DNA from: a virus
DNA: 64,000 bases
Direction: 5' to 3' (one strand)
IMG/VR virus record: IMGVR_UViG_3300020185_000011
Below the pieces are notes generated by a model. That model had not been told where the DNA came from. It saw nothing but the letters and a program-made list of their open reading frames with translations, and made no database searches. Position 1 is the first letter of the stretch; each line of letters opens with the position of its first letter. Made by a program: the position numbers and the translations under genes. Positions 10,578 through 19,761 of this stretch are shown here, one piece after another.

Positions 10578-10854
10578 ACCATACACAGAAAAAATAGAAG
10601 AACAACATGGTACAGGTGTACCATATGTTATCAGAGAGTTCACAGAAAGTGTTGAAGATGAAGAACTAGTATGGCACCGTGATAAAGAATCAAGGGTGGT
10701 CAGTGTTCTAAGTGGAAAAGGCTGGTCGTTACAACATGATGATGAGTTACCTATACAATTAAACCAAGGAGAAGAGTATTATATCCCAAGAATGACCTAC
10801 CACAGGTTGATAAAAGGACAAGGAAATCTTGTTGTTAGGATACGAATTACATAA
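10555..10854 (+). CDS. small cupin-like protein
   Basis: LVWHRD...YIPRMTYHRLIKG. Confidence 0.6.
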   Translation: MSTNLTTKPYTEKIEEQHGTGVPYVIREFTESVEDEELVWHRDKESRVVSVLSGKGWSLQHDDELPIQLNQGEEYYIPRMTYHRLIKGQGNLVVRIRIT

Positions 10855-10862
10855 ATAAGACT

Positions 10863-11459
10863 ATGAGTTATAAATCAGAAAATTGGAAAGAAAAACTAGA
10901 CGAGGTTCGTAACTATATTGAACCACGTAAAGAAGGTACAGTAGAAAAGACTGCTGAGCAAATTATTTCCGATGAAATAGACCAAGAATTGTCAACATTC
11001 TTTTCGGAAGATACGCTTCCCGAAGTAGAAGAGATAGAAGAAGATATTCTATTAGAAGCATCTGCTGGTGCAATGATTGATAAGTTATTCAATCTTAAAG
11101 GTGATAAAGATTCACAATACGGTGTTGCAAAGATGCTATCTATGACTGGTGTCAAAGTAGTCCAATCAATGCAGAAACAAAACCCAAAAGGATTCGAAAA
11201 GTTAATTGTTCAGTTAGGTAAAGAGAAAAAGATTACACTACCTACCAACAATAAACTATTGGCAATGTTCAGAGATGCAGGCGTTAAACCTCTCAAAGAT
11301 GAAGTTGAAGTTAAAGAAGAGAACACATCTCTCGAAAAGACAGTTGAAAAATTAACAGAAAAAAACATGTTAGGTAGACTTGCAAAGTCTTTACGTCTTG
11401 ATGAACAAGGTAAAGAAAAAATGTTTGACTACTTCGAAAAAGGGGAATTAGAACAATGA
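10863..11459 (+). CDS. hypothetical late protein
   Basis: ATAAATA 5 nt upstream; I/L-x-E motifs. Confidence 0.7.
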   Translation: MSYKSENWKEKLDEVRNYIEPRKEGTVEKTAEQIISDEIDQELSTFFSEDTLPEVEEIEEDILLEASAGAMIDKLFNLKGDKDSQYGVAKMLSMTGVKVVQSMQKQNPKGFEKLIVQLGKEKKITLPTNNKLLAMFRDAGVKPLKDEVEVKEENTSLEKTVEKLTEKNMLGRLAKSLRLDEQGKEKMFDYFEKGELEQ

Positions 11460-12688
11460 AATTTGAAGGACTAGGACATGGTTTATCTGCAGACTTACTT
11501 GCAGCTGCCAATGCAATTGTATTAGAGAGTGGAGACTACAAGAAGTTTTTCCAAGCTGCACTTAAGAAGTTTGGTGTTACATCACCAGCAGAACTTAAAG
11601 GTGACAAAGAGAAAGAATTCTATGATTACATCGATAAGAATTGGGATGGAAAAGATGAGAAAAATGAACACCATCAAAAGAAAGGTGACAAACCTCATGC
11701 ACACGAGTCAAAGATAGACGAAGATGTTCGAGATATGAAAAACTTCAAAAATAAAGACCGTAGAGGTCATGAAGCTAGTTTATATATCGAAACAAAGGGT
11801 AAAATTTCCAAAGATGAATTAACAGTTATAGATAAACTAATTAGTAAAATTAAGAAAATGCATGTAACTAGTTTTGATGGTGCATCTGATGAACCAAATT
11901 CTTTAGAATTTTATGGTGATGAAAAGTCTTTAGACAAATTTATTTCTGATAGAAATGTACAAAAGATTGTTAAAAAGTATAGGGGTAAGGTCAACGGGCC
12001 AACGAAAAACGAATCAGTTAAAATTGAAGAAGTCCTACCAACACCAATTGACGGTGTCGCAGAATCAGAAACATTTAACGAGAAGGCTGGAAAGTATGCA
12101 AAATACTCAGACCTTCTTATGCAAAAAGCACGACTAGTTGCACAAGGCCCAGTTGCAACTAAAGAAGTTGGTGACATCAACAAGAAGATTGCATCTGAAA
12201 TTAAAAAACTAGGTATTAAAGAAGACAAAGGATTTGAAAAGATTCTTATGGCTGCATTCAGTGAAGGTTTAGACGAAGCAAAACCAAGTAAAAAATTCAT
12301 TAAACTTGGAGATGAAAAAAAAAATCTAAAGCAGCCTGTTACTGAGGCAAGTAGAGATTACTACAAACAAGTAGATGCTCTTATAGCAAAACACGGTAAT
12401 GAAAAACCATTCATCTATAAGGCACCTAAGTTAAATAAAATTTTAAAAGACCTAGATAAATTAATGAAGACGGAGAAAGAATTTCCCGATTCACAAAAAT
12501 ACGGTAAACTTATACAAGGACACTTAAAGAAGTGTGAAGTTATGGGTTACGAAGAGAATATTGTATTAACAAACAGAATGCACGATAAGTTTTCGAAAGA
12601 TTTCCAAGGTGATACAATGTTTAGAGAAGAGATGGCAGAAATCATTATGCAAGATGCTATCTTGTCATACGCAATATTTGGAGAGTAG
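11456..12688 (+). CDS. hypothetical multi-module late protein
   Basis: YKKFFQAALKKFGVTSPAEL..FYDYIDKNW module; repeated x-x-E linkers. Confidence 0.7.
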   Translation: MKFEGLGHGLSADLLAAANAIVLESGDYKKFFQAALKKFGVTSPAELKGDKEKEFYDYIDKNWDGKDEKNEHHQKKGDKPHAHESKIDEDVRDMKNFKNKDRRGHEASLYIETKGKISKDELTVIDKLISKIKKMHVTSFDGASDEPNSLEFYGDEKSLDKFISDRNVQKIVKKYRGKVNGPTKNESVKIEEVLPTPIDGVAESETFNEKAGKYAKYSDLLMQKARLVAQGPVATKEVGDINKKIASEIKKLGIKEDKGFEKILMAAFSEGLDEAKPSKKFIKLGDEKKNLKQPVTEASRDYYKQVDALIAKHGNEKPFIYKAPKLNKILKDLDKLMKTEKEFPDSQKYGKLIQGHLKKCEVMGYEENIVLTNRMHDKFSKDFQGDTMFREEMAEIIMQDAILSYAIFGE

Positions 12689-12689
12689 A

Positions 12690-13751
12690 ATGAATTTATT
12701 TCACGAAGCAAAGAAGGTACTAGACAAGGATGGGAAAGTTAATCCTTTAGGCCCTTATGGTAAGATGAAACTTACTGGTAGAGAAGTTTCTACCTATTTC
12801 AGAAGAAACAAAGTCAGTGACCCCGAAGTCAAGAAAGCAGTAGAAGTTGCACTTGACATGAGTGGTGCAATGGATATTGCAGCTAAAGAAATTAAGAAGT
12901 TCTTTGGTGATAAGATTCTTAAATCAAAAGAAGTACAGTCTGCACTTAAGTATGCAAACGAAGGAACTATATCAGAAGGTGAAATGGTATCAGAAGATTA
13001 CAAAAAAGTAATCAAAATGTTCCCAAGAGATAACGACTGGAAAAAACTTATCACAAAATATAAACGTGATATTGACAAATTCAGAAACAACAATAAAGAT
13101 TTACCTAAAAAGGTAGAAGATGAATTACTAGGTTGGGCATCACAAACTGGTGAAGTCAGTGGTAAACATGATGCAGAAGACTTCATAATGTCAATCCTTG
13201 ATGAAAGTACTATATCAGAGAACTATAGAGTTCTTGCAAAACATGGTATGGGTGCAGAGACTAAGAACTCAATCAAAGTTGGTACAGAAGTAGATTACTA
13301 TCAAGCAGACGGTGCAAAGTACATGGGTAAAGTCGTCAAGATGGGCCCTAAGAGTTACATCGTAAGAGATGACAAGACTAAGAAGAATTACCAGTTCTTT
13401 TACCATGACAGAGTTAAGGCAAAGAAATATCTTAAGCAAGGTGATAACATAGGTGAATCATACCTAAACATGTTTGCAGAAGAAGTACAGGACATTACTG
13501 TAGACCCAAAGAACAAAAAGTTCAGTAGTCCATCTGACCAAAACTATCATGGAATGGAAATTGCAAAAGCAGCGAGAAGATTTAAACTTAAAGCTGCAGT
13601 TTTAGGTAAACACGTAAGAATCAAAGGAAATAAAAAGCAGGTAAACGACTTTCTAAGAGTGGTCATAGGTAAATCTTCATATGGAGACCCTACAAATGGT
13701 GATTACACCACACCACAAATAGATAAGATGTTAACCAAAGGAATGAAGTAA
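12690..13751 (+). CDS. hypothetical multi-module late protein
   Basis: GGAG RBS, MNLFHEA start. Confidence 0.7.
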   Translation: MNLFHEAKKVLDKDGKVNPLGPYGKMKLTGREVSTYFRRNKVSDPEVKKAVEVALDMSGAMDIAAKEIKKFFGDKILKSKEVQSALKYANEGTISEGEMVSEDYKKVIKMFPRDNDWKKLITKYKRDIDKFRNNNKDLPKKVEDELLGWASQTGEVSGKHDAEDFIMSILDESTISENYRVLAKHGMGAETKNSIKVGTEVDYYQADGAKYMGKVVKMGPKSYIVRDDKTKKNYQFFYHDRVKAKKYLKQGDNIGESYLNMFAEEVQDITVDPKNKKFSSPSDQNYHGMEIAKAARRFKLKAAVLGKHVRIKGNKKQVNDFLRVVIGKSSYGDPTNGDYTTPQIDKMLTKGMK

Positions 13752-13752
13752 A

Positions 13753-14298
13753 ATGAGCGTCAAAGGTGATGCAAGATACAAAATTTTTAAGGAAAAACTT
13801 AAAAAATTAGGGTACATCAAAGACGCTGCAAAGAAGACCAATGCCGTAATGGAGAAGGCTTCAGATTTTGCAATGATGAGTGACGGTGGCAATAAGAAGA
13901 TTGCACGTGCAGTATCAAAGGCAAAATCAGAAAAAGAATTGCGTGCCATGATACAGAAAATCAGCACTATGGCTGGTGGAAAGTATTCGGAAGCACAAGA
14001 GGATGAAGTTATCGATAGAGCTATCGATGCTTTTAACTCAAAGGCAGCGGGAATGCAATTAAGACCCGATGCAAACATCTTAGTACAACTATCGAAAATG
14101 GTTGATACTAAACGTGATACCGAGATTAGAACCGATGACATGAAAAAGTTAAAGGTAAAAGCAGCGGATGCAGAGAAAGTTTATGACGCTTTAATGTCTG
14201 TTAAGCCTGCCTTGCGTGATAAATACTCTCGTCTATTACAAAAAGATGTAAAAACATTTAAAAAGACTTTTGATACTATATTAAGAGTCGCAAAATAA
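13753..14298 (+). CDS. hypothetical protein
   Basis: 181 aa ORF in operon. Confidence 0.7.
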   Translation: MSVKGDARYKIFKEKLKKLGYIKDAAKKTNAVMEKASDFAMMSDGGNKKIARAVSKAKSEKELRAMIQKISTMAGGKYSEAQEDEVIDRAIDAFNSKAAGMQLRPDANILVQLSKMVDTKRDTEIRTDDMKKLKVKAADAEKVYDALMSVKPALRDKYSRLLQKDVKTFKKTFDTILRVAK

Positions 14299-14311
14299 AG
14301 AGGAAATTAAA

Positions 14312-14884
14312 ATGGCACTATGGGGACATACAAGTGGAACTGAATCAAAACCTAACTGGTTGAGTGACGCGGATAAAACAAACACATCAGCAAAACCACA
14401 CGGTTGGGAACTGAAGAAGGTTGTGGGAAGTAGAACATTGACTGAAGTCCTAGTGGCATGGTCAAGCTCTGGTCTAACAACTGCTTTGGGTGCTGCTGAT
14501 ATCACTGATATCGATTGGGTATCAACTGCATGGGACGTATCTGCTGGTGGAACACTATCTGCCAAAGTTATATTTAACGAAGCAGTAGACGTTACTGGAA
14601 CACCTCAACTATCAGTTACTAACGGTAACCAAGGTAGTGGAAGTGGAAGAGGCCCACACGTACTATCATATGCAAGTGGAACAGGTTCTAACGAACTTAC
14701 ATTCTCAATTACATACGGTGCAGCGAATGCAGCGATTGCAGCGGATGACGTATTAAGTATTGGTGCTAACGCAGTTGCATTGAACGGTGGTACAATTAAA
14801 GATAAAGGAACTTCAACAGTTTCTACAATCACTTCAGTCGCAGGTATCGGTACCGCAGCTGGAACGATTACTGCAGTAGCATAA
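14312..14884 (+). CDS. putative virion structural protein (beta-rich)
   Basis: MALWG start; Ala/Gly/Thr-rich; FNEAVDVTGTP Ig-like motif; GAGG RBS. Confidence 0.6.
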   Translation: MALWGHTSGTESKPNWLSDADKTNTSAKPHGWELKKVVGSRTLTEVLVAWSSSGLTTALGAADITDIDWVSTAWDVSAGGTLSAKVIFNEAVDVTGTPQLSVTNGNQGSGSGRGPHVLSYASGTGSNELTFSITYGAANAAIAADDVLSIGANAVALNGGTIKDKGTSTVSTITSVAGIGTAAGTITAVA

Positions 14885-14893
14885 GAGTCTTAA

Positions 14894-15121
14894 ATGGCTT
14901 GGGTGGCAGTATCGGGCTCTAACGGAATTTGGGAGTATGAAAACTCTGCAGATAAATCAACTGCAGATACATACTCCGAATCCAATGGAACTGTAGCAAA
15001 TGGTATTAGAACGTTTACATCGATTGGCGGTAATACAGAGAGAGTCTACATTAAGTGTAGAAAAGTCGGTGAAACAATAGTTCGTGGTGAGTTAAATAAA
15101 AACTACTACGACAATCAATAA
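14894..15121 (+). CDS. hypothetical protein
   Basis: 75 aa ORF. Confidence 0.6.
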   Translation: MAWVAVSGSNGIWEYENSADKSTADTYSESNGTVANGIRTFTSIGGNTERVYIKCRKVGETIVRGELNKNYYDNQ

Positions 15122-15133
15122 TAGGAAAAAATT

Positions 15134-15532
15134 ATGAAAAAATTCAATCAATTCATGGCAGAACAGCAATTCAATGCTTGGCCTGGAGATGAGCATGCCC
15201 CATACGACATTGATGATTCATCTGTGAAAGCAAAAATTAATGCAGTACTAGGACATTGTGCTAGTTCAGAATACATGAACCCACAAGCTGCAGTAGAACA
15301 AATGAAGGCAAAACTTTCTCACGTAGGACTATCATGTAAGCAATATGATGACGTGGAGTTCAATGAAAGTGGTGAGTTTGACCTTTCATTCTCTCAATAT
15401 GGTGAGACTTTCGGGAAGACAGTCGATACCCCTATCGATGAGTTTGAAAAAGAAGAAAAAATAATTTCACTCAAAGTGAAATATGAGAGATTGATGAACA
15501 ACAGCTATAAAGTATACGGTTCATTGGTCTAA
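15134..15532 (+). CDS. putative head-associated protein
   Basis: N-terminus MKKFNQFMAE resembles T4 capsid-targeting sequence. Confidence 0.6.
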   Translation: MKKFNQFMAEQQFNAWPGDEHAPYDIDDSSVKAKINAVLGHCASSEYMNPQAAVEQMKAKLSHVGLSCKQYDDVEFNESGEFDLSFSQYGETFGKTVDTPIDEFEKEEKIISLKVKYERLMNNSYKVYGSLV

Positions 15533-15587
15533 CTCCTTTAGTTGCGTCTACTAAATACTGGTAGACCAACTAACTTTATAATACATT

Positions 15588-15959
15588 ATGAGTCTATTTG
15601 ACAAACTAACTGCTAAAAACTTTTCTGCATTTGCTCTGAAGCACTATGATGACCCTCAATGTGAGGACATGGAAGACTTCCAAGAGGACTTACGTAGATT
15701 TAGATACTTTAAAAGATTACTCTTTAGATACCATGAAAGTGGGGAACTAAGAGAACGCCTGTTACTCAATCATCTCATATGTCTATTCAACGTATTTGGA
15801 TACGATGCATGTATGAGAATGTTGAATTTTAAAATCAAAGAAGATAGATACTGGTCTTCAATCAAAACTCTATTACTATACTTAGATTACATCACACAGG
15901 ATTTCAGGCCTGAACTACCAATTGATGATGTGATTGCACAAAGATTGAGAGAATTGTAA
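15588..15959 (+). CDS. conserved T4-like hypothetical protein
   Basis: HYDDPQC..FQEDLRRFRYFKRL..RERLLLNHLI motif typical of T4-like phages. Confidence 0.75.
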   Translation: MSLFDKLTAKNFSAFALKHYDDPQCEDMEDFQEDLRRFRYFKRLLFRYHESGELRERLLLNHLICLFNVFGYDACMRMLNFKIKEDRYWSSIKTLLLYLDYITQDFRPELPIDDVIAQRLREL

Positions 15960-16035
15960 GCTCCCATAGCTCAGCTGGTAGAGCAACTGATTTGTAATCA
16001 GTAGGTCAACCGTTCGAATCGGTTTGGGAGCTCCA
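15960..16035 (+). tRNA. tRNA-Thr(UGU)
   Basis: GCTCCCA/TGGGAGC acceptor, ACTGA-TT TGT AA-TCAGT, GTTCGAATC T-loop, encoded CCA. Confidence 0.95.
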
Positions 16036-16060
16036 CTGCTCAAATCACCTAAATAGATAT

Positions 16061-16645
16061 ATGAGAATCATAGATACTTTAATAGTCTTTAGAATACTCA
16101 AGATGTTGACTACACCTTGGGAGAAAATGCAGGCATATAAATTTGGGTTTATCGACAAGAATGGAACGAGGATAAAACAGATAAAAGTCGATGGTAAGAA
16201 TGTCGACAACAACCCCGAATCAGCTGCAGAGAAAGCTTCCTTGACACCTCTCCATCGTTTAGTATGGAATCTAAAGAAAATTATAAACAAGGTACCATTT
16301 GGTAAATCACAATTTGCATCATATGCTGTTGCATTACTCATGTTAAAAGAAACAAATGAGTTAGATGAAGACCAAATGGAAGAACTGTGTGAAAAGTTTT
16401 ACAGACACCTAAAAGAATTAGGTAAGGTTGATTCAGAGGTTCTAGAAGAATCCATGTCAGTCGGAAAACTCCATGTTGGTGGTCAGTATCACTTAAGACG
16501 AACACTCGAACAATTAGATGTGGTACATCCACATAAAACTGCAGTCGAAATAACAGAACATCATTCAAAAGTCTTCGGCATTGATGTTTATATCGGCTAC
16601 GCAAACGAAGACAGGGTATTGGTAACAGAAAATGACGTATATTAG
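16061..16645 (+). CDS. conserved T4-like hypothetical protein
   Basis: FRILKMLTTPWEKMQAYKFGFIDKNG motif; CTAAATA upstream. Confidence 0.75.
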   Translation: MRIIDTLIVFRILKMLTTPWEKMQAYKFGFIDKNGTRIKQIKVDGKNVDNNPESAAEKASLTPLHRLVWNLKKIINKVPFGKSQFASYAVALLMLKETNELDEDQMEELCEKFYRHLKELGKVDSEVLEESMSVGKLHVGGQYHLRRTLEQLDVVHPHKTAVEITEHHSKVFGIDVYIGYANEDRVLVTENDVY

Positions 16646-16826
16646 TACACTATTTGATGTGAACAAGAAGAAGGTTGAAGACAACCTTCAGACCGAAGAT
16701 GCACCTATGAATGCCACAGGTGCAGCTGTTTCAACTGATGCAAGTAGTATCGGTTTCAAGAAGAGGAATAAGAAGTATGAACCGAATGCTCTATTCGGTC
16801 TCTTGAGAAGAAACATTAAGAGATAG
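16632..16826 (+). CDS. hypothetical protein
   Basis: EDAPMNATG motif. Confidence 0.6.
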   Translation: MTYISTLFDVNKKKVEDNLQTEDAPMNATGAAVSTDASSIGFKKRNKKYEPNALFGLLRRNIKR

Positions 16827-16829
16827 ATT

Positions 16830-18005
16830 ATGAACAGATTTTTGAATTACCTCGCGGTAATTACGTCTTTAGGAATTGCATCTATAGCTGCATATTTCTC
16901 AGTGTTAGGACTTGCAACAATATTTGCTGGTGCTTTCATGGGTATCGTAATTATGGCAGGTGCTTTAGAATTCGGTAAAGTTGTCACCGCAGCCTATCTG
17001 CATCTTGCATGGGAAAAACTCAACTACATGAAATACTATCTAGTGTTTGCAGTATTTGTTCTCATGTTAATCACATCACTAGGTATATTTGGATACCTAT
17101 CAAAAGCACACTCAGAACAAACAGGTGATACTGCACAAGCACAGTCCGTTGTTACTCGTATCGAGAATCAGATTGCAAGGGAACAGAACAAGATACAAAC
17201 ATATCAAGATAGAATAGACAATCTTGGTGGTGGAAAGATAGATGTATCAGAGTCTATTAAACAACAGGAAACTATCAGAGATGGTGCATGGGCCAGAGTT
17301 CAAGGGGATATAGACTATGCACAAGGTCAGATAACATCTCTAAGGGGTACTGTGACCTCGCTAGACACGGCTGTATCCACTCTTAGGAACAAAGGTGTTG
17401 AAGTCATCACTACCGATGAAGGGGGTGTTTTTAGACAAAGTGAATCAGAAACCATAGACTATGTTGAACAGGCAAACACTCTATTTGACCAACAATCATC
17501 TCAGAGAGAACAGATAAGGGATGACATATCAGAACAACAGAGTAACATTGATAAGTATAGAGCTCAAGCGCAGAAGACAATCGATGATGCAAATGCAGAG
17601 ATTAAAAGACTGCAACAATCATCTACTGGTGATGCAGATGAGATTATACAAAAAACAGACGAATTCAACTTGTTGATTGATGAGTCTTATGATATCATAG
17701 ATGGATACAAAGACGATATGTTCGAGAGTAAACAGATTATACTCTCATTAGAACGTGAAGTAGGCCCAATTAAGTATATTGCAGAGGTAATGTATGGACA
17801 AGAGGACAGTGTCAAGTACCTTGACAATGCCGTAAGGTGGGTAATTTACATGCTAATCTTTGTGTTTGACCCGCTAGCAATCCTGTTACTAGTCACATCA
17901 CTAGGACTGTTACAGGGTAAGGGTCACACTAAAAAGTTGAGAGAAACCCAAAGAATTGTTCTACAGGTACCGAAAAAGAAGGTCGAGAACCTTCAAAAAA
18001 ACTAA
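16830..18005 (+). CDS. membrane protein with long coiled coil
   Basis: three N-terminal TM helices, GIFGYLSKAH, EVGPIKYIAE, C-terminal FVFDPLA TM. Confidence 0.75.
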   Translation: MNRFLNYLAVITSLGIASIAAYFSVLGLATIFAGAFMGIVIMAGALEFGKVVTAAYLHLAWEKLNYMKYYLVFAVFVLMLITSLGIFGYLSKAHSEQTGDTAQAQSVVTRIENQIAREQNKIQTYQDRIDNLGGGKIDVSESIKQQETIRDGAWARVQGDIDYAQGQITSLRGTVTSLDTAVSTLRNKGVEVITTDEGGVFRQSESETIDYVEQANTLFDQQSSQREQIRDDISEQQSNIDKYRAQAQKTIDDANAEIKRLQQSSTGDADEIIQKTDEFNLLIDESYDIIDGYKDDMFESKQIILSLEREVGPIKYIAEVMYGQEDSVKYLDNAVRWVIYMLIFVFDPLAILLLVTSLGLLQGKGHTKKLRETQRIVLQVPKKKVENLQKN

Positions 18006-18036
18006 ATAAAAGTATAAATATTTCTTGGAGAAATCA

Positions 18037-18486
18037 ATGGCCGACACAAACAAACCCAATTTAGACCCTCGTTTAAAAATAGAACAGATGATATACGACA
18101 TTCGTGGAATGTTGCTAGACATCGAACATACACTTGGACAAATACCACATAAAGAAGAGAATGTTGAAGACTATTCTGTAGTATTTGTAGAATCTACTGA
18201 AGGTGATTACATCCACCCCGAGACACCTACTCACCCATGCCCTGAAGGATTTGGAGAAGATGCTTATTGGGATTGTATTTATCAGTGTTGGATGCAACCA
18301 AACGATATGGAAGAAGATGAGTATAACTTGTCTACTAACATTGACACGGATGCATGTTACGACCCTGTAGCAGGTGAATGGATTAGAACTGAAGAAGATG
18401 ATTGGTCAAATGACTGGACTAACTTCATCATGGAACTCGAAGAAATGGAAGCAGAAATGGAATCAACAACTGGAGAACAAGAATAA
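18037..18486 (+). CDS. hypothetical acidic protein
   Basis: TATAAATA at 18013-18020, GGAG RBS; Cys/Trp-containing acidic segments. Confidence 0.65.
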   Translation: MADTNKPNLDPRLKIEQMIYDIRGMLLDIEHTLGQIPHKEENVEDYSVVFVESTEGDYIHPETPTHPCPEGFGEDAYWDCIYQCWMQPNDMEEDEYNLSTNIDTDACYDPVAGEWIRTEEDDWSNDWTNFIMELEEMEAEMESTTGEQE

Positions 18487-18671
18487 TGGCAATTTCAGAT
18501 AGTATGACTTTAGTAGAGTTTATGGCAGAATTGGTAGCAACTGAACCTTCTATGGACGGAGCTCCTGCTGAAGGAACAGATGGTAGAGCTCTTGCTCAGA
18601 CATCTTATGACACATCTAAAGCAGCTTGGGACACCGAAGTAGCACGTGTTCAAGCACTTATAGACGGATAA
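18486..18671 (+). CDS. hypothetical protein
   Basis: 61 aa, TAATG coupling. Confidence 0.6.
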   Translation: MAISDSMTLVEFMAELVATEPSMDGAPAEGTDGRALAQTSYDTSKAAWDTEVARVQALIDG

Positions 18672-18688
18672 TAATCCTAAAAAACACC

Positions 18689-18717
18689 TTGTAATTTAGC
18701 ATGGATTCATGTATAAT
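18689..18717 (+). promoter_or_regulatory. sigma70-type promoter of primase operon
   Basis: TTGTAA-17bp-TATAAT. Confidence 0.6.
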
Positions 18718-18723
18718 GAATGT

Positions 18724-19761
18724 ATGCTATGGTTAGAGAGAAAATACCTCTCCATGTGCGTAGGTTCGTTAGAACTTGCAAAATGGAAAGGAGACACAAC
18801 GTTGAATCACAGGTGTTTATACTGTGGTGATTCACAGAAGAATAAGCATAAGGCTCGTGGATATCACTTTGTCGTAGAACAAAGTTTTATATTTAAGTGT
18901 CATAATTGTGGTAAATCTACTTCAAGTGTGACCTTTATCAAAGACCATTTCCCTGTACTACATAAAGAGTACATCAAGGAATGGTTAACAGAGAGTGGTA
19001 AGAAACCTAAAAAACACGCATCTAATCATAAGATGCCAAGTGCAAACGTTTTCAAGTTCACTCCAAAAACAGAATTACTAAATATGAAGAAAGTTGACTT
19101 GTCGGCAATTATGTTTCCAGCAAAAGAGAAACATGTTGCACGTGACTACCTCGAAAAGAGACTAGTCCCTAATGATAAGATTGATGAGCTGTGGTATGTC
19201 GACTCTGCACAAACTCTAAGTTTGTTATCAGATAAGTATAAGGATAGAGTCCTTGGAAACGACCCACGGATAGTAATACCATTCTTTAGAGAGGATGGGG
19301 AACTTGTAGGAGTATCGGGCAGAGCAATCAATGACTCACCATTACGATATCTTACTATGAGACTCCTAGATGACGTTCCACTCATCTATAACATACAAAA
19401 TGTGGACAAAACAAAAACTATCTATGTCACCGAAGGCCCTATAGATAGTTTATTCCTTCCCAACAGTATCGCAGTCGGGGGAAGTGACTTTAAAAAAATA
19501 GACGATGGTATCAAAGATAATTCAATTATCATTTATGATAATGAACCACGTAATGAAGAGATACTCAAAAAGCTAGAAGAGGTAATTGAGTTAGGTTATA
19601 AAGTTTGCATATGGGACGACAAACGTATTGCAGATTGTAAAGATATAAACGATATGATAGTAAGTGGATTGGAACAAAGTGAAATAGTAGGTATCATTAA
19701 TACTTGTACATTTGAAGGTCTTTCGGCAAAACTAAAACTAATGGAGTACAAGAAAATATGA
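18724..19761 (+). CDS. 61: DNA primase (T4 gp61)
   Basis: Zn finger CLYCGDS..CHNCG; TOPRIM EGPIDS, YDNEPRN, KDINDM. Confidence 0.95.
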   Translation: MLWLERKYLSMCVGSLELAKWKGDTTLNHRCLYCGDSQKNKHKARGYHFVVEQSFIFKCHNCGKSTSSVTFIKDHFPVLHKEYIKEWLTESGKKPKKHASNHKMPSANVFKFTPKTELLNMKKVDLSAIMFPAKEKHVARDYLEKRLVPNDKIDELWYVDSAQTLSLLSDKYKDRVLGNDPRIVIPFFREDGELVGVSGRAINDSPLRYLTMRLLDDVPLIYNIQNVDKTKTIYVTEGPIDSLFLPNSIAVGGSDFKKIDDGIKDNSIIIYDNEPRNEEILKKLEEVIELGYKVCIWDDKRIADCKDINDMIVSGLEQSEIVGIINTCTFEGLSAKLKLMEYKKI

